Shown: positions 9,154 through 18,999 of the stretch, in pieces
How the letters are laid out: every line of letters starts with the position of its first letter
Numbering within the stretch: the stretch's first letter is position 1
Source of the DNA: a virus
Strand: one strand, 5' to 3'
Length of the DNA: 64,000 bases
Virus record (IMG/VR): IMGVR_UViG_3300049482_000116
Location: 4,142 to 68,141 of that record
Notes under the pieces: generated by a model
Told to the model about the DNA's origin: nothing
Databases searched by the model: none
What the model saw: only the letters and a program-made list of their open reading frames with translations
Program-made: the position numbers and the translations under genes

Positions 9154-9651
9154 ATGGTTTGTTTAGTTTGTCAAGTAACAGAGTCGGTTAAATGGTATAA
9201 ACAAGGAACTGAGTGCAGGTCTTGTTTTAATAAAACATATCTTAGAGCTAATAGAAAAAGAGTAATGCAACTAAGAAAAAATTGGTTAGTTAATCACCCT
9301 GAAAAAGATAAACAATATAAGAAGCACTTTGAAACTAACCATAGAAAGACATTTTTAGCCATAAGGCGAAATAAAGAGGCTAGACATAGGGCAGCAAAAA
9401 TGAATGCTGTCCCTAAATGGCTCAATGACGAACAACTTCAGGCAATTAAGTCAATTTATGCGGAATGCCCTGTAGGTTTTCACGTAGACCATATTATTCC
9501 ATTAAAGAGCAAAGATGTATGTGGATTACATGTGCCCTGGAATCTAAGGGCTATACCAGCAGAAGATAACGTCCGAAAGTCTAACAAGTTCAACTCAGAC
9601 TCTGATACTATTATTCTTAGATCAATATTAGTTGATCTAAAAAATAACTAG
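9154..9651 (+). CDS. HNH homing endonuclease
   Basis: CxxC...CxxC N-terminus; FHVDHIIPL...VCGLHVPWNL...N motif. Confidence 0.85.
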   Translation: MVCLVCQVTESVKWYKQGTECRSCFNKTYLRANRKRVMQLRKNWLVNHPEKDKQYKKHFETNHRKTFLAIRRNKEARHRAAKMNAVPKWLNDEQLQAIKSIYAECPVGFHVDHIIPLKSKDVCGLHVPWNLRAIPAEDNVRKSNKFNSDSDTIILRSILVDLKNN

Positions 9652-9685
9652 GTAATTGGGAACCGTAACCCACAAGGAGTTCAAA

Positions 9686-10249
9686 TTGGCAGCAAAAAAA
9701 CCAGCATTTATAACAGGCGCAAACGCTAAGATCAAGGTCGGAGGCAAAACATTTGCTTATGCTTCTGATGTTTCGTATCAAGTAGCAGTAGATACTGTGC
9801 CGATCGAGACAATGGGTCGTTACGAGGCAGTAACAAACGAACCAGTAAACTACTCAGTCGCAGGAAGTCTAAGTGTAGTTCGCTATACTCAAATTGCTAA
9901 AGATAACAGCATGCCAGGGGTTAATATCGGCGGTAACGGTCTTGGTAAAGTTGATTTCACTACCGGTGGAAACGGCTCGCACCACATTAATCCAGGTAAC
10001 CTACTTCTTTCACAGACGTGGGACTTAGCTGTATTTCAAAAGACTCAAGCATCAGCAACTGCTGGTGGAGATACCGCTGTAGTTACGGATTCAGTAGAAT
10101 TCATTACTATCAAAGATTGCCGTTTCACTCGTAAGAGTGCTGGTATCAACAAGCGTGGCATCCTAGTAGATCAGCTTGCTTTCGTTGGTATTCTTGCTGA
10201 TGATGAGTCTTTCGATTCTTCGAACTCCGGCGATATCGACCTTAGCTAA
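9686..10249 (+). CDS. tail tube protein (paralog 1, probably major)
   Basis: TTG start at 9686 after AAGGAG; FITGANAKIKVGG...Y..VAGSLSVVRY tube-like pattern; follows sheath. Confidence 0.7.
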   Translation: MAAKKPAFITGANAKIKVGGKTFAYASDVSYQVAVDTVPIETMGRYEAVTNEPVNYSVAGSLSVVRYTQIAKDNSMPGVNIGGNGLGKVDFTTGGNGSHHINPGNLLLSQTWDLAVFQKTQASATAGGDTAVVTDSVEFITIKDCRFTRKSAGINKRGILVDQLAFVGILADDESFDSSNSGDIDLS

Positions 10250-10271
10250 TAGTTATTAAAGGAAGGTACAG

Positions 10272-10952
10272 ATGGCTGGTATCAGGCCGTTCTTTGTAAA
10301 CGGAAGTAACGCCAAGATCAAGCTTAACGGAAAGACTCTAGCTTTCTGTACCGACCTCTCTTACTCGATTTCTATCCTTACTCAAACGCCTAAAGTATTG
10401 GGTATGTACGAAGGTTCTTCTGTAGAACCCCTTGGTTATTCTGTTACTGGTAGTTTTACAGTAGTTCGCTATGTAAAAGATATTGGTGGAGCAGTTGGCG
10501 GTAAGCGTCCGCAAGGCGTTGCTGAAAACGACGCAGGCAATGGTGTAGGCAACTGGGGCTCAGTCTGGGGCGGCAAACTTGGTGACTTCTTAAACCGAAG
10601 CGGTGCGCTTGATCCAAGTAGATTCTCAAATGGTACAACGTTTGATATTCAGGTCTATCAGAAGGTAGATACACGCGGTGGAAACATTCAAGGCGCAGGT
10701 GATGCCGGTGTAGTTAGCGGAATAGCTTCGCTTCTTCAAGGTAGTACCAATTCAGGACCAGAGGGTGGTTCACAGGCTAACGTAGATTTTGTGGGAATAG
10801 CGAACATTCGCAACTGCAGGATCACACAAGCTGATTTTAGTATAAGCAAGAGAGGCGCTGCCATGCAGCGATTCAACTTCACAGCTCTTTATGTTGATGA
10901 AGATTCTTTTACTGCTGATTTTTCTGGTCAAGGACAGCATTTTTCGGGATAA
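10272..10952 (+). CDS. tail tube-like protein (paralog 2)
   Basis: FVNGSNAKIKLNGK...YSVTGSFTVVRY...NCRIT aligns with paralog 1. Confidence 0.7.
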   Translation: MAGIRPFFVNGSNAKIKLNGKTLAFCTDLSYSISILTQTPKVLGMYEGSSVEPLGYSVTGSFTVVRYVKDIGGAVGGKRPQGVAENDAGNGVGNWGSVWGGKLGDFLNRSGALDPSRFSNGTTFDIQVYQKVDTRGGNIQGAGDAGVVSGIASLLQGSTNSGPEGGSQANVDFVGIANIRNCRITQADFSISKRGAAMQRFNFTALYVDEDSFTADFSGQGQHFSG

Positions 10953-10955
10953 ACA

Positions 10956-11597
10956 ATGTCAAACGGGTTTAACAATCGTCCAAACATACCTCAGAGTTTA
11001 CTAGACAACGCCGCTAGTAATTTCTCTGGAATTTTATCTACTCGACCATCTGCTAAATATTCTAGTGGAGCTCGCACGATCTTAAAGATAAACGGCAAGA
11101 TTGTAGGTTTCGCATTCGCAGTGAGTTGGAGAATTAGTACAACGTACGCCGAAATCAATACTGTTGACGACCCTCTTCCTAACGAGTTCGTTCCTCAGCG
11201 TCTTGCAGTTGAAGGCTCTATATCTGCCTTACATATCCCAGGTATATCAGCTACTACTGAGAACTGGCAACCAGATGTTCTATCATTTTTATTTGGACAG
11301 TATATTCAGATAGAAGTTCGTGATTCTAGCGATAACCTACTTTTCCTAACTAGAAAAGCTGTTATCGTGTCTAGAACTGAAGATGTTAAAGTTGATCAGC
11401 TTTCAAGTGTAACGCTTCAATTTAAGGCTATCGGTTGGAGAGATGAAAAGACCCCTGAGTATCCAGATGGCATAACTAGTGCTTCACCTGACTCAAATTC
11501 TCAACTTAAGGGTACAACTCTACCTGCTCGCTTAGAGCGATCTGCAGAAGATATAGCTAATGACCCAGTTAACACAATCAAGAACCTTATAGGTTAA
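10956..11597 (+). CDS. tail tube-like protein (paralog 3)
   Basis: YSSGARTILKINGKIVGFAFAVSWRI...VEGSIS aligns with paralogs 1 and 2. Confidence 0.6.
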   Translation: MSNGFNNRPNIPQSLLDNAASNFSGILSTRPSAKYSSGARTILKINGKIVGFAFAVSWRISTTYAEINTVDDPLPNEFVPQRLAVEGSISALHIPGISATTENWQPDVLSFLFGQYIQIEVRDSSDNLLFLTRKAVIVSRTEDVKVDQLSSVTLQFKAIGWRDEKTPEYPDGITSASPDSNSQLKGTTLPARLERSAEDIANDPVNTIKNLIG

Positions 11598-11630
11598 TAG
11601 GTATAATAACTTCTATATTGAGGAGCTATT

Positions 11631-12020
11631 ATGGACCTACCTAGTAAGGAATCTGCGTTTGATTTTGACCACACTGGAGTTGACACAAGTAAGAGATATG
11701 AAGGCCAGTTTAAGGTTCTATGTCTTCTAGACATGGGGCAAAAACATCGCCTTGAGTTAGAAAAAACTCGACTTCTTGGTAACTATCCTAATCCTACTGA
11801 TGGACTAGCTGGAATATCAATCATTCTCGCAAATCTACGTATCAAGATTATTGATGCACCAGAATGGTGGAAACAATCTAATGGCGGCTATGCTATTCAA
11901 GACGAAGATGCCTTAGTTGCTCTATACGATAAAGTTCTAGCAGCGGAGGCCGAATGGCGCAAACAGATGGTCGAGAAGGGCAAGAAGGCTCAAGCAGAAA
12001 CAGCGACCCCTCAGTCGTAG
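11631..12020 (+). CDS. tail assembly chaperone
   Basis: Between tube and tape measure; Y.G.F...IIDAPEWW pattern; GAGGAG SD. Confidence 0.65.
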   Translation: MDLPSKESAFDFDHTGVDTSKRYEGQFKVLCLLDMGQKHRLELEKTRLLGNYPNPTDGLAGISIILANLRIKIIDAPEWWKQSNGGYAIQDEDALVALYDKVLAAEAEWRKQMVEKGKKAQAETATPQS

Positions 12021-12463
12021 ATGCTATAAAAGCAGTAGCAGCTCATAACGCCCGCGCTGACCTTGATTCAGAAAAACAACTTACCTTATTTCTACAGAGC
12101 TGGTGGTCTCGTACCTATAATCGGCCTCTTAAGGATCCCTTATTACTTTCATATAGCCTAGAAGAGCTTCTTTATGAGTTCTACGACAAGATTGAGCGTA
12201 GGGCTGCTGAAGAAGAACGTTCTGAGTCGAATTCTGTTAAGATAGAAGAGGATAAAGAGAAGGCAGATCTTGATTGGGCTGAGCAGGAAGAAAAGAGGGA
12301 GCTTGAAGCCCTCAAGGCTAAAGCTTCCCAAGAAGAGAGCAAATCGACTCAAGATCCTACTAAAGATCCTGCTAATATTAAGTGGATGCAAGAGCAGATG
12401 GAGCAGGGTAAGAAAATTTTTGGTGAATCTTTCGGTGATGACATCGAAGAGGACTTTGAGTAA
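11954..12463 (+). CDS. tail assembly chaperone partner (GT-like)
   Basis: -1 frame overlap with the chaperone; WWSRTYNRPLKDP motif; directly precedes tape measure. Confidence 0.6.
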   Translation: MAQTDGREGQEGSSRNSDPSVVDAIKAVAAHNARADLDSEKQLTLFLQSWWSRTYNRPLKDPLLLSYSLEELLYEFYDKIERRAAEEERSESNSVKIEEDKEKADLDWAEQEEKRELEALKAKASQEESKSTQDPTKDPANIKWMQEQMEQGKKIFGESFGDDIEEDFE

Positions 12464-12468
12464 GACAG

Positions 12469-15345
12469 ATGGCGAACGATCAAAACAAATCTAATAAAGG
12501 CCCAATGAACTCGTTGGGCGATTCAGGTTTTAGCGACATCGAAAATATCGGTCGCAGAGCTGGTCGACATACAGCTGAAGACATTGCTCAACGTGTACGA
12601 GTGTCTCAGGCTCGTAGCAACATTACTACATATGAAGCAGGGCTTCAGGCTGGACCTTCTGACGAGATCGCCTCTCTTATCGGTCGTCATCTAGCAAATG
12701 AACGTAAAACAGTTAATTCACTTGAACCTAGAATTGAACTACGAGCTGAAACTCAGAGACAGCGTTTTACTAATCTGACGCAAAGTGTAATTGAAAGAAA
12801 TTTTGCTTCATCTTCAGTAAACGGGCAAGCATCTGAATTTGCACGTTCATCTACAGGACAAAGACTTAGTCTTTCAATGATGAATACTCCTTACGACGAT
12901 CTTGAAGCGCGTAGAAACGCTTCCATGAACCAGATCGGAATGTTAGGACAAAAGGCTAGTGGTATAGCAGAACAGTTATACAATGAGCGAGGCCAACAAG
13001 ATCCTGCTAAGCTTCAGCAAATTCAACAGATATACGGTCAGCGCAACCGTATGGTCAACATGGTTGGTGGTATCGACGCTGCGCTTAGACATCAACGAGC
13101 ACAAGGACTAGATCCTCAGAGTCGTCAAGACACATTGTTCAATGCTGGCCAAAGGGCCCAAGACACATTATTTAGAGCCGGAGTTTCGCAAGAACTTGCA
13201 TCGGGTACAGGGGATCTTGGAGGCAAATCCGCTGGAGAACTTAAACAAAAAGAAATTCAACTTGCTGGACAGCTAGTTGAAGCATTAGAAAAACTTAAGA
13301 ACTCTGCAAACGCTTCAGCTGAAGAAGTCGATAAGATGAAAGAGGCTGCAAGTAAAACTGCAGAAGATTTAGAAAAAGTTAAAGAAGCCGTAGCTCAAGG
13401 TGGCGGCAGTGGCGGAGATAAATATACCAACGCCGGCAATGCACTTGCATTTGCTCAAGGGGCATTTGGAGCAGTAGGAAGCGGAATTCAGCAAATTGGC
13501 GTCAACCAACGCCTTGGACAGGTTAGTAATATTTCTGGTTATGCTTCCATTGAAAATCAAAAATATCAAACCTATAAAGCAGCTTCAGCTGGAGATGTCG
13601 CATCACAGTTACAGCTTGGACAATTTGGAGAAGCTGAAGCGTTTGGACGTCAACTAAGGAACGCAGCTAACACAGCTGTCGGCGCTCAAGTTGCTGGCGG
13701 AGTAGCGCAGACTGCCGCTGGTGGAGTTCGCATAGCGTCTACACTGAATCCCGTAGAAAATGCCATGTCTACTTCGCAGGCAATGGGTCAACGTCTTCAG
13801 GGAGCAGGTGAAGTTGTTCAAGGATTAGTGAATACCGCTGTTTCAGGTTCAGATCTTGCTAGGGATGTCAGTGGATCTAACGCTGCAATTTCTGGTGTCA
13901 ATGCTCAGATGGAGGCTCGTAGACAGCTCTCTATGGTTTCTGCTACTCAACTACAAGGTTTTAGAGACTTTGGTGTAGGCATTAGTACCGCTGCAATCGG
14001 TATGGGTCGCCAAGGTGCGGGATTTACTGATCGCATGATTAGTAAAGACAACATGGAATCTATGGTCAACTCGCGTATTAGCCCTGAACAGATGGCGCAG
14101 ATGGCGCAGATGGGTGTTCAGCAGATCGGTTCGACGTTTAATGAATCTCAAATATTTTCTGCTCGCGGTCTTGAGCGTTCTGGCTTTGGAACAATGGGTG
14201 AGAACATGCAGCGCATGTCTACACTCGCATCTGCAGGAGCAAATAATCCTCAAGCGGGATTAAGTTCTGTACTTGAGGCTGCATTTGGTAAATCACTCGA
14301 TGGATCTAAAGTTCTAAACATGATGGTTGAGAACACGGGTACGATGGTTCAGCAATCTGCTGGTCGTGCAATGGGCTTAGATACTACTGCTGCTTCTGCT
14401 CAAATTCTTGCCGCAGGAGTAAACACTGCAGATCCTAATCAAGAGCACGCTATGCAGCGTGCTATGACTGCTGCTCAACGAATGGCTGAGATCGGTACAG
14501 ACACCGGTGTTAATTTTGCTGCTATGTCAGCAACATCTAGAATATCTAAGATGACTGGTGCTGGTGGCGATGAGGCAATAATTTTACAACAACTCGATGA
14601 TCAAACACTGCGTACAATGAAGCAGATGAAGCCAAATGAGTTAAAGAGTAAATTTCGCGATATCGGAGTTGGAGTTGAAGAAGGTAAAGAAGGAGATATG
14701 GTTAATAACCTTATCAAGGCTCGCTTAGTTACTAATCTTCAAGCTGGTGGAGCTGGTCTAGCTCAAGGTATAAATGCTTCCCAACTTGCTGATTCACTTG
14801 TAAGCGGTAAACGTCTACAAGATTTACCTAATAATGAGCAGTTAGCAATTGGGCGAGCTGCACGTTTGGGCGGTTTTGGAGGAGCAGAAGAATTTATTAG
14901 ATCTGCTACAGCTATTAATTCTGCTGAGCCTACTGCTGCAACTAAAAGCACTGTAGCAGATAACATAGCAGGTAAAGGCGGATCTGATCAACAGAAGATG
15001 CTTGATGATATGCGTACACAAGGATTCAAACAGCTCTCGCAGGCTGCACTAGAAGCAACTACTAATTTTAAGACCGCCGGTGAAGCACTAAAAGCTCTTG
15101 GACAACTAGCAAAACAAGTTGAAAATATTGGAGATACTGGAGGCGAAGGTAAGTTTAAGACAGCTGCTTCAGATGCTGCTGGGTCGTTTGGTAAGAGTAC
15201 AATGAAGTTTGAGAAATCTGTCGATGATTTTTCAAAAGCAATAGGTAGGTTAAATAGCAAGTCTGGATTAAGCGGAGCGGATGACTCTGACGGATTAATA
15301 GACAAGTTAAAAGCGGACAGTAGCAAAGTTAGTGCGCCTAGATAA
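12469..15345 (+). CDS. tail tape measure protein
   Basis: 958 aa, Ala/Gly/Gln/Met-rich helical composition; canonical position after chaperones. Confidence 0.8.
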   Translation: MANDQNKSNKGPMNSLGDSGFSDIENIGRRAGRHTAEDIAQRVRVSQARSNITTYEAGLQAGPSDEIASLIGRHLANERKTVNSLEPRIELRAETQRQRFTNLTQSVIERNFASSSVNGQASEFARSSTGQRLSLSMMNTPYDDLEARRNASMNQIGMLGQKASGIAEQLYNERGQQDPAKLQQIQQIYGQRNRMVNMVGGIDAALRHQRAQGLDPQSRQDTLFNAGQRAQDTLFRAGVSQELASGTGDLGGKSAGELKQKEIQLAGQLVEALEKLKNSANASAEEVDKMKEAASKTAEDLEKVKEAVAQGGGSGGDKYTNAGNALAFAQGAFGAVGSGIQQIGVNQRLGQVSNISGYASIENQKYQTYKAASAGDVASQLQLGQFGEAEAFGRQLRNAANTAVGAQVAGGVAQTAAGGVRIASTLNPVENAMSTSQAMGQRLQGAGEVVQGLVNTAVSGSDLARDVSGSNAAISGVNAQMEARRQLSMVSATQLQGFRDFGVGISTAAIGMGRQGAGFTDRMISKDNMESMVNSRISPEQMAQMAQMGVQQIGSTFNESQIFSARGLERSGFGTMGENMQRMSTLASAGANNPQAGLSSVLEAAFGKSLDGSKVLNMMVENTGTMVQQSAGRAMGLDTTAASAQILAAGVNTADPNQEHAMQRAMTAAQRMAEIGTDTGVNFAAMSATSRISKMTGAGGDEAIILQQLDDQTLRTMKQMKPNELKSKFRDIGVGVEEGKEGDMVNNLIKARLVTNLQAGGAGLAQGINASQLADSLVSGKRLQDLPNNEQLAIGRAARLGGFGGAEEFIRSATAINSAEPTAATKSTVADNIAGKGGSDQQKMLDDMRTQGFKQLSQAALEATTNFKTAGEALKALGQLAKQVENIGDTGGEGKFKTAASDAAGSFGKSTMKFEKSVDDFSKAIGRLNSKSGLSGADDSDGLIDKLKADSSKVSAPR

Positions 15346-15354
15346 GGAGTAGAT

Positions 15355-17046
15355 GTGGGTAAATTTAAAATTAAAACCCCTCATGCTGCTGTTATCGTCT
15401 GGAATTATGCCGACAGGGTCGGCAGTGAGGGTGTAGATAACTTAAACGATATCGAAGAAACCATAATTTCTACCTTATCGTGCATATCGATTCAGACAGC
15501 AAAAACAAAGGGAAATCCAGCTGGAACCTTTCAACTTACTCTTGCTCCGTTTAAAAACTGGGTCTCAACTATTAACTCCGGTTCTTGGTGTGCTATCTTA
15601 ATGTCTAATAAGAAAATTACACCAGATAGTCTTAAGAAAGCTGATCCATCTATGGTAAAAATGATCGGAAAAATTGAGACGGTCAGATGTCAAACTCAAC
15701 AGGTTGGAGATACACGTCAGACTCGTTATTTAGTAACCGGAACAGACTGGGGACATATCTTTAACAATGTACTCTACGTTGATAATCTTTTAGCAGCTCA
15801 AAATGATCCAAAGCTTCAAGGTAATGGAGCTGCGGTAGCATTACGTAATGCTTTATTTGGTAAAGGTAATTCTCCACAAAGTTTTGCAGTTAAAGATAAC
15901 TTAAGATCACTTTTAAACATCTTTGGAAATGATTTGTCTGGATTTACGGATGCACAAGATGATATTAATCGTCTAGCTAAATCGACATACGACTTTGTTA
16001 TGCCACAAGAGATGGTGAACTTCTTTAAGTTTGTTGGCCCTAATGGTTATCTAAGCCAAGAACTAGTTCTTACTAGAGTTTTAAACCTGCAAACAGGTAG
16101 ACTATCTAGTGTAAATAAGTATGATAATAAGCCAGAAGCTTATGGGTTTATAAATCCATTTTCACTTCAAGGTACAAACTCATTCTGGCAAATTCTACTA
16201 GATAACTCTAATCCTGCTTTAAATGAGATGTATAACGAGATTGAGTGGACCGATAAGGGTCCTGCTCTAACTCTTTATAATAGAATAAAGCCGTTTTCTT
16301 TCAAATCATCATCATCTGATCCTGGAGCTCGTAGTCTTCGCTCTATGTTTCAAAACATTAAGACTCATGTGATAGACGATTTTACTGTAATTTCTGTAAA
16401 TGCTGGTACCAATTGGCGCGATAAATATAACTTCATTGAGATAAAACCTCAATTTCAAGATTTTGATGTGATAGCTAACTGGTCCAAGCAAAAAACGCAG
16501 CAGAGCGACGAGGATGCTTTTTTACGCGAAGGATTTAGACCTCTTATAGTTGGCACCAAACAGTTTCCAGTAAGTCCAGATAGTACGACACAGGCATTTA
16601 ATGCTGATCTGCTTAGATCATGGTCTCTTCTGATGCGAGAATGGTATTTTGACACACATAGGCTTCTTAATGGGACTATCGTAATGACTGGTACAACTGA
16701 ATATATAGGGGTCGGCAATAATATTCGCTTTGATGCTGGACTTATAAACCCGACTCCAAATATCAACAAGGCATCAAACGATGCTAAGAAAAATCAGTAT
16801 ATCTTAGCTCATGTCGAAAGTGTTAGTCACAGTTTTAGTGTAAGTGAAGATGGAGCGCGCCAGTATGAGACCACTATCCAGTTTGTTCGCGGAATCATCG
16901 TAAATCAAAACAATCAACTATTTGGAGAAGGTAAGTTAGATAAATACCCTAATAACGTTCCGCCAGAAGGTGATCGTAACCCAGTAAATGTTGTTTCTAC
17001 CTCCGAAGAAGATGACCCTGATCCTCAAAAGGTATTTGGGGAGTAA
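15355..17046 (+). CDS. baseplate hub-like protein
   Basis: After tape measure; AGTFQLTL N-terminus and YILAHVESVSHSF...TTIQFVRG C-terminus typical of gp27/gpD-like hubs. Confidence 0.6.
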   Translation: MGKFKIKTPHAAVIVWNYADRVGSEGVDNLNDIEETIISTLSCISIQTAKTKGNPAGTFQLTLAPFKNWVSTINSGSWCAILMSNKKITPDSLKKADPSMVKMIGKIETVRCQTQQVGDTRQTRYLVTGTDWGHIFNNVLYVDNLLAAQNDPKLQGNGAAVALRNALFGKGNSPQSFAVKDNLRSLLNIFGNDLSGFTDAQDDINRLAKSTYDFVMPQEMVNFFKFVGPNGYLSQELVLTRVLNLQTGRLSSVNKYDNKPEAYGFINPFSLQGTNSFWQILLDNSNPALNEMYNEIEWTDKGPALTLYNRIKPFSFKSSSSDPGARSLRSMFQNIKTHVIDDFTVISVNAGTNWRDKYNFIEIKPQFQDFDVIANWSKQKTQQSDEDAFLREGFRPLIVGTKQFPVSPDSTTQAFNADLLRSWSLLMREWYFDTHRLLNGTIVMTGTTEYIGVGNNIRFDAGLINPTPNINKASNDAKKNQYILAHVESVSHSFSVSEDGARQYETTIQFVRGIIVNQNNQLFGEGKLDKYPNNVPPEGDRNPVNVVSTSEEDDPDPQKVFGE

Positions 17047-17049
17047 TGT

Positions 17050-18057
17050 ATGGCAAACCCATTTGATATCATAAAAGATAGTAGTATTTGGCAGAATACA
17101 AATGATTTCTCTGCAGTCAACAAATCTGATCCTATGCTCAGGATAGGTGTGGTTAAGAAAGCTTCAAATGATGAGAAAACAGGTGAGCTTCGATATCTAG
17201 TTGAAGTACAGAACCATAATGATAAGATCGAACTAAACTGTAAGATGCTTCGCAGGTTCGGTGGAGTCTATAATTATGAAGACTTTATTTTAAGAGGCTA
17301 CAAGTTTGACGACAAGCCAGATTCTGTTACAGCCTTTGAAGCTAAAGCCGGCGATGCTGTTCTAGTTGGCCTACTCAATGGTCAAGGTCGTGAAGGTATT
17401 ATCTTGGGCGGTATCAACCATGCTGCTCGCAGTACAGCTATTAAGTCTACTGATGGACCACAGTACGCCATGGAGTTCAACGGGGTTCTCACATCTATCA
17501 ATAAGGATGGAGAGTACACGGTGACCTTTAGGGGTCAACCAACTAATATAGCTAAGCTATCTGATCTACCTAACGCTAAGATAGCAGCTCCAACTTATAA
17601 TACTAATATTGGCAGCAGTTTCTTCAAGTTCGATAAAACTGGTAGCTATGAACTCAGCGATAATGCGAACAGCGACAAACAGTATCTTAAGATCGACAAG
17701 CCAGATGGTACGATTTCAATAGTGAGTGGCAAGATTTCATTAAAGCTGACTAAGGCATCAGAACTAGTGAATCTAAAGGCTAAAACTACTGATGTTGTCT
17801 CTGACGACAAGATTAGCATGAAAACCAAAGAGTTCCTGATCACCTCTGATACTAGGGCCTTTATAAAATCTCCAAAGGTTGCTATAGGTAAAGAAGGGGT
17901 TGAGTTGTTAGATCAACTAGCTAAGCTTGTTGAGGCCCTAGGTAAAGTTATGCCCATATCGCCTGTAGGACCATGCACAACCCTGATGTCTTCTCCACAA
18001 TGGCCCGGTGTAGAAGCAGTTAAAGCCAAGATCAAGGAGATTACCGGAACCTTCTAA
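17050..18057 (+). CDS. baseplate spike (gp5/gpV-like)
   Basis: OB-fold-like GDAVLVGLLNG..IILGG followed by beta-helix-like C-terminus. Confidence 0.65.
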   Translation: MANPFDIIKDSSIWQNTNDFSAVNKSDPMLRIGVVKKASNDEKTGELRYLVEVQNHNDKIELNCKMLRRFGGVYNYEDFILRGYKFDDKPDSVTAFEAKAGDAVLVGLLNGQGREGIILGGINHAARSTAIKSTDGPQYAMEFNGVLTSINKDGEYTVTFRGQPTNIAKLSDLPNAKIAAPTYNTNIGSSFFKFDKTGSYELSDNANSDKQYLKIDKPDGTISIVSGKISLKLTKASELVNLKAKTTDVVSDDKISMKTKEFLITSDTRAFIKSPKVAIGKEGVELLDQLAKLVEALGKVMPISPVGPCTTLMSSPQWPGVEAVKAKIKEITGTF

Positions 18058-18081
18058 CTTAGGTTGCGTTATAATTAAAAA

Positions 18082-18999
18082 ATGGCATCAGATTCAATTA
18101 ACGATATTTTTGGCAATGCAAAACCAAGCGGCTCTCAACCGCAGTTAAGCTTTCCCGATACAGGCCCAGATGGCTTGCCAGGGTACACTGTAATAAAAAG
18201 CAATTGGTTTACAGCAAAACCATACGGCTTTAAATTCACTCCGCGTACTGGTAAAGCTATGACCATGTTTTTACCTATTGCACCAAGTAACTTAACTATA
18301 AGCACAGGTTTTGCAACAAGTGCTATTGCGACACTATATGGGACAGTAGAAGAGCATTCTCCGGTTCGTTATTATGATATAGCTATCGAAGGCACTACAG
18401 GCATGGCGCCTAAGTTTGTGGACGTAGACCAGAAAGAGCAAAATCTTGGTCGATCCACCTACCCTGTGTCTCAGTCATTGGCAGGAGCGGCGAGTGGTGG
18501 TTTCTTCTCTAAAACTTTAAGCTTAATCGATAAGATCAGAAATACTGCTTCAGAAATTGCAAGTGGTACACCAGTACCTAAGACTGGCGTCTATGTTAAT
18601 CAAACAGGGTATGTTGCATTCCATAATCTTTATCGTTTTTTATTAAAATATAAACAAGACGTTTCATCTGATGCTGACTCTACAGTTAAACGTAGTGAGC
18701 ACCCATTGACATTTTTTAACTACAAAGATAACAATCAGTACGATGTAGTTGTTAGAGGTTTCACTCTTCGCCGATCAGCCGACAATCCTATGCTTTATAA
18801 CTATTCCATTCAACTGCGCGGATACAATTTACGCAGCGTAAGTGACGAAGCCAAGGATTTAACTGCAGATCGCTTAAAATTACTTGGACTTGACGGCGTA
18901 GATGGCTCATCGTTTCTAGCAAAGATCAAGGGTACTTCAAATAAAGTTAAAGGTATTCTAGGACCTTTAGGTGCTGGTATAAATATATTAGGTAGATAA
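18082..18999 (+). CDS. baseplate/tube-initiator-like protein
   Basis: P.NLTIS...T.YG.VEEH...IEGTTG and FTLRRSADNPMLYNYSI motifs; position. Confidence 0.55.
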   Translation: MASDSINDIFGNAKPSGSQPQLSFPDTGPDGLPGYTVIKSNWFTAKPYGFKFTPRTGKAMTMFLPIAPSNLTISTGFATSAIATLYGTVEEHSPVRYYDIAIEGTTGMAPKFVDVDQKEQNLGRSTYPVSQSLAGAASGGFFSKTLSLIDKIRNTASEIASGTPVPKTGVYVNQTGYVAFHNLYRFLLKYKQDVSSDADSTVKRSEHPLTFFNYKDNNQYDVVVRGFTLRRSADNPMLYNYSIQLRGYNLRSVSDEAKDLTADRLKLLGLDGVDGSSFLAKIKGTSNKVKGILGPLGAGINILGR

